DNA from: Methanocaldococcus sp. 16A
GTDB taxonomy: Archaea; AGJL01; Methanococci; Methanococcales; Methanocaldococcaceae
Strand: one strand, 5' to 3'
NCBI GenBank assembly: GCA_049860595.1
Contig: CP187551.1
Length of the DNA: 64,000 nucleotides
Below, in pieces: positions 21,256-33,060 of this stretch. The notes below the pieces were generated by a model. That model was given only the letters and a program-made list of their open reading frames with translations, ran no database searches and was not told the origin of the DNA. Made by a program: the position numbers and the translations under genes. Each line of letters begins with the position of its first letter. The first letter of the stretch is position 1.

Positions 21256-24200
21256 TTTAAAAAACTTATCTAAAGTTAATTGAGCCCCTTCTTTCTTTAA
21301 CTCATTTTTTGAAACTCCTACAGCCTCCATAATTCTCAAAACTGGAGGCAAAATTTGATTGTCTATATAATAATTTACATCTACATCATCAATATCTACT
21401 TCTTCTGGAAGCTTTGCTCTCTCACTTATGGATTTAGTTCCTTTAACTATTATATAGCCAATAATGTCTCCAACTTTAATTCTTTTCCCTTCTCTCATCA
21501 ATTTCTTAGCAATTTCAACATGAGGAGCTGTGGTTTTATACTCTTTAGGGTCTTTTGTTAGTTGAGTGTAAATTATTAAATCTTCTTTTTTTATTTTCTT
21601 TTCTCTTAAATCTTTAATAACATCTTGAATTATTTTTTTAGCTTTTTCTATGCTACCTTCAACTAATAATGATTCCAAAACCTTTCTTTGAGTTATCTTT
21701 GCTATGTTAGACCAATCCCTCCTAACGAACTCAAGACCTTTAACTGTAACTCTCCCATTTTCGTCAATTAAGGCATATCTTTTTTTGGTTACAAAGATAC
21801 CTCTTTTAAAGTAGCCTTCAAATTCTAACTCCATAGTTCCAGGCAGTTTTGAGTTTATGTATTCAACAAATTCTAAAGCTTTTTTTATTAACTCATTTTT
21901 GCTAATTTTTTCTTTCCAAATTGCATAGAAGCCGTCAGTATTATGAACTAAAATTCCATTTGCAAAGAATCTATGCGTATCTTCGACTTCAATATCATAA
22001 ACATAGTCATTGTAGTCAATTTCTTCCACTTTTATAACTCTAACTAAATCAAAATCAAGACCTAAGAAAGTTGATTTATATTTGCTGTTTGTTTTTAAAT
22101 GGTTTATAAGTTTTCTCTGCTTTCTTTCAATTAAAAATCCAACTCTTTCAGCGAATAACCACTTGTTTTTAATGAATATATGCATTGAATATGTCCCACT
22201 ATCTTTTTCAAGATATTTGTTGGAATTGTTCTCTTTAAATATGGAGTGTGAAATTCCTACAAGCCATAGGAGTTTCCTTATATTTTTTAACAGTTTCTCA
22301 TTAATGCTCGTTAGCCTAACGTCTGGATTTCTTCTTTTTATTATTACTGTCCCATCTGCACTAAAAAGACCTCTCAAAAATGCTTCAATATATCTTCTTC
22401 GTAATTTGTATAAAAACTTTGGAATTATCTTTCTGCCACTCTCATCTTTAAATACTCTCATAAACTTCACTAACTTCTTGCTCAAAATTTTGATATCTCC
22501 CTTTCTATGTTTTTCAAAGTAATAATTTGTAATAACCCCTGCCTTTTTAAGAGGTTCTAATACTTTCATAACTATTTCATCTCTATCAAGTCCTGCTGAC
22601 AACTTCAAGTAATATTTTGCACTATTTGTATTACCTCCCCAACTACCGTCTCCAATCAACAATCCAATTAATTCCCAAAACTTAACTCCTATATCTACAG
22701 CACAATCATTATCTTTTATTAACGCCCCATTCAGAGTTATTAAAGACTTTACAGTTTTTCCGATTTCACGAGGCTTAATTTCTATAAACCTATCTCCAAT
22801 TTTTTTCACATTCCTCTTAGTTTCGGTATTTAAGTAGCCAATTAGTGAATGGTCTTCGGTAACATCAACATACCAACTATTTGTAATCCATACTCTATAC
22901 ATCTTTTTTCTTGCTAAATGTCTCATAACATAAGGAACTTTTTTCCAAACCAGCTTACCATTATCATCTAATGTTAGTGCCTCAACATCTTGTAAAGTGC
23001 AATATTCTTTATCTCCAAGCTTATATTCAACATTCCTGAATAAATCTTTGATTTTTATAAATTTTATTTCTCCTTTTTCTCTAATTATTATTTCTGTATC
23101 TCCAGAAACGCTGTCCGCATAAATTACTTTAAATCCAAATTTTTCAGCTTCTTCCATTGTTTGTTGTATATATTTCCTACCTAAGTAAGTAACAACTTCT
23201 GCACATTCTCTGCTGTAAAATCTTGCTCTTGGGAAAGCTAAGTAACCATAGACGCTATTATGTGCATATATATTATTAACTAAGAAGTTTTCGTATTTTT
23301 CAACACTCAAATCATAGACGTATCCAGTGTATTCAAATTCTTCAACTTCTTTAACTTCATCAAGCATTAGGTCTTTAACTATTGGATAGTTTGGATTTAA
23401 CGTTAATTTATAGCCTTTATTTTTAACTGGTGTGAATCTTGTTGGAATTCCAAATAAGCTAAACAATAACATTAGCTGATGTAAATATTTTTCATCTTTA
23501 GCCATAAATGTTGTAGTCCCTTTATGAGAATTTTTCTTTGCCTTTAAAAATCCTTCTAAGAAGCTTTTTATAATATTTTCATCAGCTAAGAATATCTCTT
23601 CTGGAATATGCTTTTTCTCTTTATCTCCACATTTAAAGATATATTTTAAAACTAAATATACAATTTTGTTCTTCATTGTAACTTTATCTTTAGCTATAGA
23701 ACCAACTCCAAATGTATTTCTAAATACTTCTGCAATTTCTTTTTGATACTCTGGTAGGGATTTATATATGGAAACTTCATAAATAGTCTCATCCTTTCTT
23801 TTAAATTTCTTTAATCTTCCTTTACTAACAAAGAATCCTAAGAATTTGGCTAAATTCTCATCTAATTTTATAATAGCGTTTATCTTTCCACTAAATGCTC
23901 CTATTTCACAATCTTCAAACTCCTTATCTGGAATATATGGGATAAGTTCCTTTACCTTCATATATTGTATATTACAACTATTATCTTTAAATGTTCCATA
24001 ATTTACGAATGTCTCAATGTATTTTTTGTAGATTTTGAATTTCTCCTCATCTAATATCTTCACATCTATTTTATTTATTTGAGTGATAATATTATAATCT
24101 ATTAACTCAAGATTTCTCAAATATTCAATACAGTCATCAAAAACAACTTTTAATTTATTCATCTCAATATCTTCAATAGTTTTCTTCAATCTAACTAAAA

Positions 24201-26223
24201 AATCTTTATTTTTATGCTTTGTTATGGTTAAATCTTTAATTTCTTCTTCATCAACATTAATTAACCTTTTTGGTATATTTATAAGAATTTCCTTTTTATT
24301 AACAAATTTTAACTTTCTTGGAACAATTATTAAATCTCCAGGCTTTATTTCATCTCCCCTAACACATACAGGTCTTCCTTTTTCATATTTGAATAAGCTA
24401 TGGTCTTCCGTTACTTTTATTGTTCTACCAGACCTCAACTTTATTTTATAAGCTTTTCCAGAGTATGGATGCCTAATTAACGCTTTAACTCTATTTATTG
24501 AGCATTTTTTAGTTTTTCTATTGAATGAATATGTTTTTAGATTATCAACCTCTAAGATTTCACTAAGTTTAACATATTTAATCTTCTCTCTATGCTTTCT
24601 CATTAAATTATCTATATATTCTCCAATCTTTACCACTTTTACTCCATCATCTTCTATTATTGTTAAATATTCATCAGGTAGAATACTATTAGCTAAAATT
24701 TTTAATGATTTCTGCTCATAATCTAAAAGTTTATATTCTTCATAGGAATCTTTAATTTCTTCCAATTCTTTCATTTTTTTCTTAATGTTTATTCTTCTTT
24801 CAATTAAATTTCTTAAAGATTTAGGAATTAATCCTTCTTTCTTTTTACAAAACCAATGCCTTAAGATTTTTTCACTACTATCTTTACAACACTCACAATC
24901 TAAGGTTTCTGGGCTTATATTGTAGGAAATAATTATTGATGGATATAATGACCTAAAATCCATTGAGATAATATCTTCAAACATCCCTTTTTCAGGTTCT
25001 TTGACATAACCTCCTTCGTAAGTTGTTAATAATCTTCTTTTATACTCTTCTTCATCTGGTTTATTAGGAATCATCATATTTTCTTTAAATGCATTTTTCA
25101 TTAGTAGATATTCAACCATTTGCCCAGAAGTCATTCTTGTAATCCCAAATAGGGTTTGATTAACAATTCTTGAGAACATAGTTTCCAATGGGAAGAAATA
25201 ATTTCCTATTTTGTATGTGTATTTAGCATCTTGTAGGGAATATTCTATTAGAGTTTTATCATTATTTATCCAATAATCTACAATCTTTGTGTGAGGGATT
25301 TTTAGCTTTTCAATTCCAAATAAATTATAGACAACGTCTTCCAAAGTGTATTTTGTTAATTTTAACAATCTTCTTGATATTGGATATAAATCAATATGAA
25401 CTCTACCTGGAATGTAGCTTCTATATTCCATCCCCCCTCTTTTTATTTTCAATTCTTCCCCATCTCTTCCCAAATTAACATCTATTCCATAAAGCTTAGC
25501 CCTAGCCTTTAAATAAGGAAAATCAAAGTTATCTCCGTTGTATGTGTAGATTATATCATACTGCTTTAGCGTTTCAATGATTCTTTTAATTAACATCTTC
25601 TCATTTTCAACTACTTCTATATTTGGATGGTCAAATTCTTTGTAAGTTATAACCTTCCCTCCATTTTCATCCCAAAAGCTTGCCATTAAAATAGGGTCAT
25701 CTTCTGGATTAGGTTCAGTATCCCTATTATAAACTTCCATATCAAAAGCTACTGCTTTTAATTTGGGAATCTCAATGCTTACAGGTTTTTTATTTTCAAA
25801 ATCCCAATATGTCATTGGAATTATTTTATTATCTATTAGATATCTCTTAGCAAATGGAATATCATGCTCATAAATCTCTTTAACAATCTCACAATCTTTA
25901 ATTTTTCTAAGCTTTGGAACTTTTTGTGGATGAGTAGCTATAATTTTAATTACTTCCTTTTCCTTTCTAAGAATAGTTTTTTTGACAACTTCAAAATTTT
26001 CAACAAACTTTAGTAAATCATTTTTTAAAAGAAACTCTTTTATTGTCTTAATATCTTCATCATTAACTTTATCTTTATTTAATTCAACGTAAAAATATGG
26101 CTTAAAATCTCTATCTTTTAAAATAGAGTTAATTAAATAGAGATAAATAACTGCCTTATCATCAACAGTTTTATAGGTGTTGTCTATCAAAGCATCAATT
26201 TTTATCTTATTTAATTTTCCCAT
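21253..26223 (-). CDS. polB: Family B DNA polymerase precursor containing two inteins
   Basis: Exo motifs (FDMEV, YNGDNFD, YSLQDA), [31 protein letters not shown] box QLTLDKFF; start taken at ATG 26223. Confidence 0.97.
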   Translation of the reverse strand: MGKLNKIKIDALIDNTYKTVDDKAVIYLYLINSILKDRDFKPYFYVELNKDKVNDEDIKTIKEFLLKNDLLKFVENFEVVKKTILRKEKEVIKIIATHPQKVPKLRKIKDCEIVKEIYEHDIPFAKRYLIDNKIIPMTYWDFENKKPVSIEIPKLKAVAFDMEVYNRDTEPNPEDDPILMASFWDENGGKVITYKEFDHPNIEVVENEKMLIKRIIETLKQYDIIYTYNGDNFDFPYLKARAKLYGIDVNLGRDGEELKIKRGGMEYRSYIPGRVHIDLYPISRRLLKLTKYTLEDVVYNLFGIEKLKIPHTKIVDYWINNDKTLIEYSLQDAKYTYKIGNYFFPLETMFSRIVNQTLFGITRMTSGQMVEYLLMKNAFKENMMIPNKPDEEEYKRRLLTTYEGGYVKEPEKGMFEDIISMDFRSLYPSIIISYNISPETLDCECCKDSSEKILRHWFCKKKEGLIPKSLRNLIERRINIKKKMKELEEIKDSYEEYKLLDYEQKSLKILANSILPDEYLTIIEDDGVKVVKIGEYIDNLMRKHREKIKYVKLSEILEVDNLKTYSFNRKTKKCSINRVKALIRHPYSGKAYKIKLRSGRTIKVTEDHSLFKYEKGRPVCVRGDEIKPGDLIIVPRKLKFVNKKEILINIPKRLINVDEEEIKDLTITKHKNKDFLVRLKKTIEDIEMNKLKVVFDDCIEYLRNLELIDYNIITQINKIDVKILDEEKFKIYKKYIETFVNYGTFKDNSCNIQYMKVKELIPYIPDKEFEDCEIGAFSGKINAIIKLDENLAKFLGFFVSKGRLKKFKRKDETIYEVSIYKSLPEYQKEIAEVFRNTFGVGSIAKDKVTMKNKIVYLVLKYIFKCGDKEKKHIPEEIFLADENIIKSFLEGFLKAKKNSHKGTTTFMAKDEKYLHQLMLLFSLFGIPTRFTPVKNKGYKLTLNPNYPIVKDLMLDEVKEVEEFEYTGYVYDLSVEKYENFLVNNIYAHNSVYGYLAFPRARFYSRECAEVVTYLGRKYIQQTMEEAEKFGFKVIYADSVSGDTEIIIREKGEIKFIKIKDLFRNVEYKLGDKEYCTLQDVEALTLDDNGKLVWKKVPYVMRHLARKKMYRVWITNSWYVDVTEDHSLIGYLNTETKRNVKKIGDRFIEIKPREIGKTVKSLITLNGALIKDNDCAVDIGVKFWELIGLLIGDGSWGGNTNSAKYYLKLSAGLDRDEIVMKVLEPLKKAGVITNYYFEKHRKGDIKILSKKLVKFMRVFKDESGRKIIPKFLYKLRRRYIEAFLRGLFSADGTVIIKRRNPDVRLTSINEKLLKNIRKLLWLVGISHSIFKENNSNKYLEKDSGTYSMHIFIKNKWLFAERVGFLIERKQRKLINHLKTNSKYKSTFLGLDFDLVRVIKVEEIDYNDYVYDIEVEDTHRFFANGILVHNTDGFYAIWKEKISKNELIKKALEFVEYINSKLPGTMELEFEGYFKRGIFVTKKRYALIDENGRVTVKGLEFVRRDWSNIAKITQRKVLESLLVEGSIEKAKKIIQDVIKDLREKKIKKEDLIIYTQLTKDPKEYKTTAPHVEIAKKLMREGKRIKVGDIIGYIIVKGTKSISERAKLPEEVDIDDVDVNYYIDNQILPPVLRIMEAVGVSKNELKKEGAQLTLDKFFK
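21940..23112 (-). mobile_element. Intein at the pol-c site with intact LAGLIDADG homing endonuclease (391 aa)
   Basis: YAD|SVSGD...ILVHN|TDG; block B VTEDHSL; endonuclease motifs LIGLLIGDG and [10 protein letters not shown]. Confidence 0.93.
23257..24687 (-). mobile_element. Intein at the pol-b site with degenerate endonuclease (477 aa)
   Basis: KILAN|SILPDE...IYAHN|SVYGY; block B VTEDHSL; endonuclease motifs eroded ([17 protein letters not shown]). Confidence 0.93.
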
Positions 26224-28076
26224 ATAATATCCCCACAATTTTGTGGTTTTTTAAATGGTAATTTAGCTTTTTTTAAGGCATCAATAAATTTTTTAACATC
26301 TTTGTCATTAAATCTTTCTTTTCTAATTAAGAAGTCATAGTGTTCATTAGCTAATGGAATAAAAGCTAAATTATACTGCTCTGCAACCGTCTTTATTCCC
26401 AAACCAATATCTGCCTTTTTCATTGCTATGGCTGTAGCAACTGCTGAATGAGTTTTTGCCTCTATATTGTAACCTTTAATCTCTTTTGGATTAATTCTAT
26501 TTTCTTTCAAAAATTTATCAAACAGTATTCTTGTTCCAGAGCCTTTATTTCTATTTATAAACTCTAAGTTATAAATATTTTCTATAATTTCCTCAATTGA
26601 ATTAAAGTTTAATTCTTTCCTAAACATAAATCCCTGCTCTCTAATATAGCCTCTAATTAATACAGCATCTTTAATTTTATATCTCTCTAAGAATGGGATA
26701 TTATAAATGTTTGTTTTTTCATCCAACAAATGAATTCCTGCTATATCTGCTTCTCCTCTTTTTATCGCTAATAATCCTCCTAAAGAACCAACATTTATTG
26801 TCTTTGCCAATATTTTTGCCTCTTTTAAAATTATATCAACTCCAATACAATGACTGCCAATAATATTTAATCCAACTTTAACATCTCCAAACAAATGGAC
26901 TTCAACTTCTTCATTTTCCAAAATCTCTTTATTTTCATCTATAATGATATATCCATCTGCCTCTGATAGTGAAGTTATGGCTCCACTTCCTTTAGTTATT
27001 GGATAAGCTGAATAGCCGTTTTTATGCTTAACTAAGATGACTGGCAAATATTCAACTCTCCCTTTTGCTGATATATATCTTTGTGGGAACTCTGCCCTTA
27101 TAACATTTTTTTCATTCCCAAATAGAACATCAAATATTGTTAAGCATGATGTAGGATAACCAGGCAATCCGACAATTAATTTATCTTTTATTTTTCCAAT
27201 TATCGTTGGTTTTCCAGGCTTTATTTTTATTCCATGAACTAAAATTTCTCCTCCCAATTCTTTTATAGCTGTTTCAGTTAAATCCCCTACACCAGCAGAC
27301 GTTCCTCCACTTAATAAGACTATATCACATTTTAAAGCTTTTTTAATCTTCTCTTTTAAATCTTCTTTATCATCTTTAGCAATTCCAAAGAATTCAAAAT
27401 CATAGCCAAGATTTTTTATATATGAAGCTAATGTATATGTGTTTATATCATAGATTTTTCCGAACTCTAATGGTTTTTCTGGGCTTATAATCTCATTTCC
27501 TGTAGAGATGATTCCAAATTTTAGTTTTTTATAGACCTTAATCTTATTTTTTCCTATAGCTGATAACACTCCAATATCTCCTGGTGTTAATGTAGTGTGT
27601 TTTCTTAAAATTAGCTCACCAGCCATTATATCTGAGCCAGTGAATTGGATATTTTCCATAGGAGGAACAGCTTTGTATATTTTAACTTTATCATTATCCC
27701 TTTCAGTGTATTCAACCATAACAACAGCATTAGCTCCTTTTGGGATTATTGCTCCAGTGGCTATCTCAACACACTCTCCATTATTTATTTCTAAGTCTTT
27801 AATCTCCCCAGCTTTTAAACTGCCTATAACCTTTAACTCTATTGGATTGTCTTCATCTGCATCATAAGTATCTTCTGCTTTAACAGCATATCCATCCATC
27901 TTTGCCCTATCATAAGGTGGAACATCTATCTCTGAAAAAATATCTTCAGCTAAAACTCTTCCAATGGCTTTGAATAAATCAACTTCTTCAATTTCATTTT
28001 TTAATCTTTCTAAATGCTCATTTATTATAGATTTCACTTCTTCAATGCTATGTAATGTCAAATATCTCATAAACAT
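26211..28076 (-). CDS. moeA: Molybdopterin biosynthesis MoeA fused to a periplasmic-binding-protein-like domain
   Basis: [36 protein letters not shown]; C-terminal [19 protein letters not shown]. Confidence 0.9.
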   Translation of the reverse strand: MFMRYLTLHSIEEVKSIINEHLERLKNEIEEVDLFKAIGRVLAEDIFSEIDVPPYDRAKMDGYAVKAEDTYDADEDNPIELKVIGSLKAGEIKDLEINNGECVEIATGAIIPKGANAVVMVEYTERDNDKVKIYKAVPPMENIQFTGSDIMAGELILRKHTTLTPGDIGVLSAIGKNKIKVYKKLKFGIISTGNEIISPEKPLEFGKIYDINTYTLASYIKNLGYDFEFFGIAKDDKEDLKEKIKKALKCDIVLLSGGTSAGVGDLTETAIKELGGEILVHGIKIKPGKPTIIGKIKDKLIVGLPGYPTSCLTIFDVLFGNEKNVIRAEFPQRYISAKGRVEYLPVILVKHKNGYSAYPITKGSGAITSLSEADGYIIIDENKEILENEEVEVHLFGDVKVGLNIIGSHCIGVDIILKEAKILAKTINVGSLGGLLAIKRGEADIAGIHLLDEKTNIYNIPFLERYKIKDAVLIRGYIREQGFMFRKELNFNSIEEIIENIYNLEFINRNKGSGTRILFDKFLKENRINPKEIKGYNIEAKTHSAVATAIAMKKADIGLGIKTVAEQYNLAFIPLANEHYDFLIRKERFNDKDVKKFIDALKKAKLPFKKPQNCGDIIWEN

Positions 28077-28729
28077 CTCCTCTTTACTAAAAATCTTCCA
28101 GCTGATGAATGCTTAGGCAGTATTTCAATTCCTAAGCTTTTTAAGTAATTCTTTGTAAAGGTGTTGTTTCCATGAATGAATATCTCTCCTAAGTCCTCTG
28201 GTGTGTTGATATCAACAGAGATTAAAAAGGAATCATAAATGTAATATTTTAAATTTCTTTTTTTTGCCTCTTCTAAATGTTTTAAAAAGCTAAAACCTTC
28301 ATATTTCATTTCAATCAAATTTTTTGACTTTAAATATAATAGATTAGTTCCTCCTCCTCTTGATGGGGCTATAATTATATCATAGCTATGAGAAAGTTTT
28401 AAAATATCCTCAATATGCTTTTTTTTAATTAAAGGAATATCGGCTGGAATAATAATAACTTCATTATCTTCAATCTCATTAAATGCTTGTTTTATTGCAT
28501 TGTTTAATCCTTTATATTTTTCTTTAATAATCTCAGCTTTTAATTTATTTTTAGCAAAATCCAATATTTCTTCATCTCTACTAACAACAACTACCTCTAA
28601 ACCTTCTAAAGCTTTTCTAATATCTTTAAGCATATTTAATAACAAATTTTTTCTCTCTTCATTGCTCAAAAACTCTGATAATCTGGTTTTTAGTGAATTT
28701 ATTGGTGAGACGGGAATTATTACCTTCAT
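28067..28729 (-). CDS. cofC: 2-phospho-L-lactate/phosphoenolpyruvate guanylyltransferase (F420 synthesis)
   Basis: [35 protein letters not shown]. Confidence 0.92.
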   Translation of the reverse strand: MKVIIPVSPINSLKTRLSEFLSNEERKNLLLNMLKDIRKALEGLEVVVVSRDEEILDFAKNKLKAEIIKEKYKGLNNAIKQAFNEIEDNEVIIIPADIPLIKKKHIEDILKLSHSYDIIIAPSRGGGTNLLYLKSKNLIEMKYEGFSFLKHLEEAKKRNLKYYIYDSFLISVDINTPEDLGEIFIHGNNTFTKNYLKSLGIEILPKHSSAGRFLVKRRCL

Positions 28730-28738
28730 ACTCTCTCC

Positions 28739-29359
28739 TTATAAAAATAATTTTGCATATTCAAAAGCCATTCTATCGCCAATATCTCCATGCCCAGGAT
28801 ATAATTTATCTATATTTCTTTTATTAGCTATTCTTTCTAACATATTTATTGAATTTCTTAGTTCAATAACATTTCCAGTAGGTAAGTCCCATCTTCCAAC
28901 TCCATAGGAAAAGATTGTGTCTCCAGTTATTAAATTATTCTTATAGATTATTGAGATAGAGCCATAAGTATGTCCTGGAGTTCTTATAACCTCTAAATCA
29001 TAATTTTTTAGCTCTTCCTCAACTTCAGATAAAGGAATTATTTCTTTTGGTGGATTGAGTTTAGCTCCAAATAAGGATGATACAGTAACTTCATCTCCAT
29101 TTTTTAAATGCTTAACTTCTTTATCTTCTATTATTGTTGGGCAGTTAAAATGCTCCTCAATCAAATAATCTGCTGATGAGTGGTCAAAATGGCAATGAGT
29201 ATTTATTATTAAGTCAATATTTTTTATATTGTTTCTTTCTAACTCTTCCATTAATATATTGAATGTTCCTGAAATGCCAGGGTCTATTAGGATATTTTTC
29301 TTTCCAATTATTAGGTAAGAGTTTGAGCTATAGCCATATCCATTAAGCTTTAGAATCAT
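28739..29359 (-). CDS. Metallo-beta-lactamase fold hydrolase
   Basis: THCHFDH, TPGHT, TGDT, PGHG. Confidence 0.92.
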   Translation of the reverse strand: MILKLNGYGYSSNSYLIIGKKNILIDPGISGTFNILMEELERNNIKNIDLIINTHCHFDHSSADYLIEEHFNCPTIIEDKEVKHLKNGDEVTVSSLFGAKLNPPKEIIPLSEVEEELKNYDLEVIRTPGHTYGSISIIYKNNLITGDTIFSYGVGRWDLPTGNVIELRNSINMLERIANKRNIDKLYPGHGDIGDRMAFEYAKLFL

Positions 29360-29736
29360 TTTTCCACCAATTTCTTTTTGATTTTGATTAGAATATATAA
29401 TGCTTCTCCAATTTCTTTAATTCTATTAATTTCAATTTCCTCTTTTAATTTATCTGCTAAATAATTTATTTTTTCAGAGATTATGTTATTAATATTGTTC
29501 TCTTTTATTTCTCCATTTAAATATGTTTTTTCTTCAACTTTTTCAGATTTTTTAATTTCCTCTACTTTTTCTTCATTTCTTAATTTTTCACATATGACAC
29601 AGTATATTTTTCCATCTTTTTCTAATAAAGGATAACCGCACTTTGGACAATGTTTTGATAGCATCTTTGCTCCTTTTAATATTTCATTTGATATTAATTT
29701 TAATAATTTTTCATTATCTTTCATACTATCACGCAA
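29356..29736 (-). CDS. UPF0148 / Sjogren autoantigen-like Zn-ribbon protein
   Basis: LKGAKMLSKHCPKCGYPL..YCVIC. Confidence 0.8.
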   Translation of the reverse strand: MRDSMKDNEKLLKLISNEILKGAKMLSKHCPKCGYPLLEKDGKIYCVICEKLRNEEKVEEIKKSEKVEEKTYLNGEIKENNINNIISEKINYLADKLKEEIEINRIKEIGEALYILIKIKKKLVEK

Positions 29737-29797
29737 CTTACAGTTATTGTAACATATTCTATCTATGTGGATATTTATTTATTTGAGTAATGTCGCG

Positions 29798-29820
29798 TAC
29801 ATACATAAATTACCTACATA
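29798..29820 (+). promoter_or_regulatory. Cluster of EarA-type TACATA boxes upstream of the archaellin operon
   Basis: TACATA at 29798-29803, 29802-29807 and 29815-29820, plus TACCTA at 29811; earA is in the same window. Confidence 0.65.
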
Positions 29821-29977
29821 AACACCGATAAAACCGAATACGTAATAGATTACGCAAAAAAAATATATTTTAAGATAATTACAGAATATATTGAAGTGGA
29901 TTGAGGGCTGTGTGGGGGGAAGTTGTATAGGGGGAATATATTATAACTAAATACTATATAAAATTAGGTGATAGAAG

Positions 29978-30955
29978 ATGAAACTATTAGAATTTTTAAG
30001 AGGTAAGAAAGGGGCGACTGGAATAGGGACATTAATAGTTTTCATAGCAATGGTATTAGTTGCTGCAGTTGCAGCAGCAGTATTAATCAATACAAGTGGA
30101 TTCCTCCAACAAAAAGCACAAGCGACTGGTGTAGAAAGTACTGAACAAGTAGCAAGTGGATTGAAGTGTGATGGTGTAACAGGGCACATATTTAAATTTG
30201 GAACATCATTCTACGATCTCGATAGAATGGCAATCTATATTTCACCAAACGCTGGAAGTGCTCCAATTGACTTAAAACAAGCAAAATTGTTTTTAACATA
30301 TGATGGAAAATCTGTTGTATTAAAAGCTGGAAATACACTTGATGCTACAGATGGGAAGACAGACATATTCAGTTTAACAAACGCATTTGAAATTAACTAT
30401 ACAAATGCAACATATCCAGTGACAGAGACAACCTTCACAAATGGTACAACAGATACAATAACAATTAAAACTAATAACCCAGTAGTAATGAGCATATTGA
30501 AAGGTTTAAATGTTGATGACATTGTAACTGTAAATACCAACGCAACAACTTTACTCAGTAGTGAATTTAAAGTAAGCAATATTAACTATGATGGAACATA
30601 CTACACCATTACATTAATAAACAACTCTGGTGATGGATTCGATATTGCTGGTAGTATTACTGCAGGAACTAATGACTGGGTCAAACTCAACGGAACAGCA
30701 GTATGGGGAGGAGCTGATGATAAGACCTTCCTTATAGTAGCATTACAAGATGCTGATAAATCAGTAGTTAATAACGGAGTTATCAACAAAGGAGATATTG
30801 TAGCAATCTTGGTAAACTCACAGGCAGCGCTTGGTGCAGAGATTCCTGAAAGAAGTAGAGTATCTGGTAAGTTACAGCCAGAGTTTGGAGCTCCTGCTAT
30901 AATAGAGTTCACAACTCCTGTAGCTTATACATCTGAAATTATGGAGTTACAATAA
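29978..30955 (+). CDS. flaB1: Archaellin, unusually long (325 aa)
   Basis: Class III signal KKG|[21 protein letters not shown]; C-terminal PEFGAP..ELQ. Confidence 0.95.
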   Translation: MKLLEFLRGKKGATGIGTLIVFIAMVLVAAVAAAVLINTSGFLQQKAQATGVESTEQVASGLKCDGVTGHIFKFGTSFYDLDRMAIYISPNAGSAPIDLKQAKLFLTYDGKSVVLKAGNTLDATDGKTDIFSLTNAFEINYTNATYPVTETTFTNGTTDTITIKTNNPVVMSILKGLNVDDIVTVNTNATTLLSSEFKVSNINYDGTYYTITLINNSGDGFDIAGSITAGTNDWVKLNGTAVWGGADDKTFLIVALQDADKSVVNNGVINKGDIVAILVNSQAALGAEIPERSRVSGKLQPEFGAPAIIEFTTPVAYTSEIMELQ

Positions 30956-31014
30956 ATTTGAAAATTTCATCTTAAATTCATAAGTTCTTAAAAAATGGTG
31001 TTGGGTGATAGAAG

Positions 31015-31668
31015 ATGAAACTATTAGAATTTTTAAGAGGTAAGAAAGGGGCGACTGGAATAGGGACATTAATAGTTTTCATAGCAATGGTATTAGTTGC
31101 TGCAGTTGCAGCAGCAGTATTAATCAATACAAGTGGATTCCTCCAACAAAAAGCATCAGCAACTGGTAAAGAAAGTACTGAGCAAGTAGCAAGTGGTATT
31201 CAAGTTCTTCAAGTTTTAGGTATGCATAATACATCAAATATTAACAAGACTGCAATCTTCATTTCACCAAACGCTGGAAGTGCTCCAATTGACTTAAGTC
31301 AAGTTGTAGTAACAATATCTGATGGTAAAGTAAAAAGAGTCTTAAAATACAATAAATCTGACGTAAATGACTACGCTGATATAACAACAGGAGGTAGCGT
31401 CTTTGATAGTAGCGTTTGGGATAACATTAAACCAAATGAATTTGGAATTATAGTAATACAAGATGCTGATGGTTCATGTAAACAAGACACTCCTGTAATT
31501 AATAAAGGAGATATTGTAGCAATAGCAATTAACACAACAGGATTAGATATGGGTCCAAGAAGTACAATAACTGGAGAAGTAGTTCCAGAGTTTGGAGCTC
31601 CAGGAATTATTTCATTTACTACACCTGCAACATACTTATCAGGTGAAGCAGTAATCCAATTACAATAA
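31015..31668 (+). CDS. flaB2: Archaellin
   Basis: Same class III signal; 217 aa. Confidence 0.95.
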   Translation: MKLLEFLRGKKGATGIGTLIVFIAMVLVAAVAAAVLINTSGFLQQKASATGKESTEQVASGIQVLQVLGMHNTSNINKTAIFISPNAGSAPIDLSQVVVTISDGKVKRVLKYNKSDVNDYADITTGGSVFDSSVWDNIKPNEFGIIVIQDADGSCKQDTPVINKGDIVAIAINTTGLDMGPRSTITGEVVPEFGAPGIISFTTPATYLSGEAVIQLQ

Positions 31669-31740
31669 GCTCCTTAACTTAATTTTTTTTAATTTTTAAT
31701 TCTAAGAAGAAAACTTATTTTATATTTGAGGTGGCCAAAT

Positions 31741-32424
31741 ATGTTGTTAAGATATCTTAAAAGTCGCCAAGGGGCGATTGGTATAGGTACGCTTATCATT
31801 TTCATTGCTTTAGTATTAGTTGCTGCAGTGGCAGCAGCGGTTATTATAAACACGGCAAGTAATTTGCAACACAAAGCTGCAAGAGTGGGGCAAGAAAGTA
31901 CTAAGCAAGTAGCAAGTGGTGTTCAAGTAGTGAAAGTTGTGGGGTATGCACCAAATAATAATGAAATAGGAAGCTTGATTATATTTGTATCTCCAAATAT
32001 TGGAGATGAAATTGATTTATCATCAACAATAGTTACAATATCAAATGGAAATAAAAAAGTATCTTTAGTATATTCTGGAATATTGGCAGATTGTGCAAAT
32101 AATGGAACTAAGGATTTATTTGGGACAGACAGTTCTAATTTGCAAACATTCTGGAGCGATTTATCAAGTGCCCAATCAGACAATAATGTAACATTTGGAA
32201 TAATTGTCTTGCAAGATGGAGATGGTTCAATGAATAATACTGCTCACCCAACAATGAACTTTGGAGATAAAGCTGTGATTGCAATTAATTTAACAGCTAT
32301 TGGTATGCCTATAGGTCCAAGAGATAAAATTTATGGAGAAGTAATTCCAGAATATGGTGCTTCAGGAATTATTGATTTTATAGCTCCATCAACATTTACT
32401 GAGCATGTAGTGCCACTTCAGTAA
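31741..32424 (+). CDS. flaB3: Minor archaellin (hook-like B3 type)
   Basis: RQG|AIGIGTLIIFIAL; ATG 31741 behind GAGGTGG. Confidence 0.9.
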   Translation: MLLRYLKSRQGAIGIGTLIIFIALVLVAAVAAAVIINTASNLQHKAARVGQESTKQVASGVQVVKVVGYAPNNNEIGSLIIFVSPNIGDEIDLSSTIVTISNGNKKVSLVYSGILADCANNGTKDLFGTDSSNLQTFWSDLSSAQSDNNVTFGIIVLQDGDGSMNNTAHPTMNFGDKAVIAINLTAIGMPIGPRDKIYGEVIPEYGASGIIDFIAPSTFTEHVVPLQ

Positions 32425-32467
32425 TTTGGCATTTTTTAAAACACTTAAATTTTTAAGGTGAATCCTT

Positions 32468-33060
32468 ATGGGGATAAAAGATATCATTGAATCAATAAAA
32501 AGCAAGTTATCTAACTTAAAACTAAAAAAAAACAACAAATAGAAACAGATGAACTTTCTATTGATGAAGAAACTCTTGAAGATTTTGAAGATACTGATAG
32601 ATATGATGAACTTGAACAAACAGTCAGACAGTTAATGGAAACTACTGAAGGTTTAATGACAAAAGTTAGTGATATTGAATCGAGATTACCAAGATTCGAA
32701 TCTTCACTAAATAACTTAAGAAAAGAAAATGAAATGTTAAGGATAGAACTTAATAAAATTAATGAAAACCTACAGGATATAATGGCTCTTTATGAAGTTG
32801 TATCAAATCAAATTAACCCGTTTATTGGAGTTTCAAAAATAACTGCGACAAGTTTAGAGAAACTTGAAAGATTAGAAACAGAATATAAAAGACTAAAAAA
32901 AACTGTTGAAGAATTAACAAACGACTTAATAATATTAGGTTCATTATACTTAAATCAGCTTAATATTGACCTTGAGAAGATCATTGAGGATGTGTTAGAG
33001 GAGGAGCTTATAAAGTCAGTGTCCGGGGAGGATGCCCATGATACAAAAAACAGTGAATGA
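32468..33060 (+). CDS. flaC: Archaellum accessory protein FlaC, split by a -1 frameshift at an A9 run (32524-32532)
   Basis: AGGTGA RBS and ATG 32468; this frame stops at TAG 32540-32542; the -1 frame runs KKKQQIETDE... into METTEGLM..YEVVSNQINPF. Confidence 0.8.
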
